Both the position numbers and the translations under genes were made by a program. A model generated the notes under the pieces. The model saw nothing but the letters and a program-made list of their open reading frames with translations. It was not told the DNA's origin and ran no database searches. Positions 62,774-64,000 of a stretch of 64,000 bases of DNA are shown piece after piece. Source of the DNA: Pavona decussata (Eukaryota); NCBI GenBank assembly GCA_977016875.1, contig CDRNST010000002.1, forward strand, positions 2,790,001-2,854,000, in the 5' to 3' direction. Position 1 is the stretch's first letter. Every line of letters begins with the position of its first letter.

Positions 62774-62837
62774 ATGAAATACTCTATTTGTGCTGTCGCT
62801 GCTCTACTCTGCATTGTTTATCCATCAAGCTTAAAAG
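62774..62837 (+). CDS. Signal-peptide exon of a further secreted-protein gene, possibly paralog 4 (continues beyond the window)
   Basis: MKYSICAVAALLCIVYPSSLK followed by a phase-1 donor AAG|GTTTGT, with an upstream acceptor TTTTTCTTAACAG at 62625. The layout matches the first coding exons of paralogs 1-3. Confidence 0.55.
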
Positions 62838-63651
62838 GTTTGTACAATAACTTTCTTGTTAAATTCATGTATCAGAAATCGAGTTTGTTGCTAATGCATA
62901 CAGTGTTGTGCTCAATGGGAAAAAGAAATGGACTTCGCTTACTTAAAGGTGCTTAACTGATATAAGCGTCTAAAGATATAAACACACTGAAGCCCTTTAC
63001 GTAACATGTAGTCATGTTTAGTTAAACTATACAAATAAAATACATTTTTGTCAGACAAAAATTTGACTAAGACATAATGTGAGCGATCGTGGATTGTCTT
63101 TGAGAAAAAGAAAAACAAAAATTGTGGCTGAGTATATTGTTTCAAATATAAAATCGTTTGTCTTCGCTTATGCCGCGAAAAGTACATACAGAATATATCA
63201 ATTGCAGGTGCACCGGACGATATATGCGAGTTATTAAAACCGCCTGTAATATTTTTATTACTGATTTGTGCACGTGATTTTATGAGTTCTCGCCACGTGC
63301 TGTACGTCTTGCTGACATGATTAAATAATGGGGAGCGAATAAAAAGATCAAGCCTTATTGGTGTCATTGAATAAAAGTGGGTGTTTTGGTGAAATCGCAT
63401 TTTGGTGTTCAACGGTACAAACTAAGATAAGCTAAATTGATAACTGTTGTCCTAAAAATGGCTTGTCAAGATGAAAATCGAAGGGGGATGTATCACTAGA
63501 AATATGAAACGCTTGTTTGATTTTTAAATGGGTGTCCTGAAGCCGCTTGAAGCTGGCGCGTCAAAACGTGGCGATATTTAATTACTTATGAATTCTCAGG
63601 AGTTCAAAATCTCGAGTAGCCTTATTCAAACTTTCTCCACTGATAACCTTG

Positions 63652-63772
63652 TCCCGGTTGTTCAAAGAGCGTTTAATTCGCTATCCGGCGGATAAAATGT
63701 ATTGGTTGGAGTGCATTTCATCCGCTGGATAGCGATTTATCCACTGGATGGAGTTATCCGCTCTTTGAACAA
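63652..63772. repeat. Dispersed MITE-like repeat with GGATA/TATCC internal repeats
   Basis: GTTGTTCAAAGAGCG...CGCTCTTTGAACAAC inverted termini. Confidence 0.65.
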
Positions 63773-64000
63773 CAGTAGCCAGGAGGCACAAGGAGTCAAA
63801 AACATGAAATTAGCGAAGACAAAAGTTTCCTCAATAAAACCACCAGATCTGTCCAAACTGACAGACATTGGTCAGACAAATGCGTCTGTGTTTGCTGATG
63901 TCTGACAGAATAAACTTCATAAACCCCTGATGACACCTCAATGCTAAAGCCAATAAAAAAATGGTGGTTAGTTAGTATCTCAGTTTTTTATTGCGATTTT

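Overview
Eukaryotic, intron-containing, repeat-rich DNA with two assembly gaps. The repeat families and gene content point to a cnidarian, most likely a stony coral (inference). No prokaryotic features, CRISPR arrays or rRNA genes are present. The right half (30.5-63 kb, + strand) holds a tandem cluster of three spliced paralogs of about 256-260 aa, and probably the first coding exon of a fourth. Each encodes a signal peptide, a 4-Cys WSC-like domain and a uromodulin/GP2/OIT3-type D8C(D10C) domain, with no ZP module or anchor. The paralogs differ in intron positions, and paralog 1 has lost exactly one predicted disulfide pair. The left half is mostly transposon remains: a decayed P-element-like transposase with a Cys-rich insert and NHL-like repeats inside its catalytic core, a Penelope-like remnant with a minimal hammerhead ribozyme, a decayed spliced gene for a very acidic protein, a Harbinger MADF fragment, a Crypton (tyrosine recombinase) element, and an internally deleted RTE retrotransposon. 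The RTE 5' end folds as an HDV-like ribozyme whose predicted cleavage site lies 1 nt from the target-site duplication. A 4.5-kb TTAA-flanked foldback element, tRNA-derived SINEs and many MITEs are also present. Everything was read by eye; no searches or folding programs were run.
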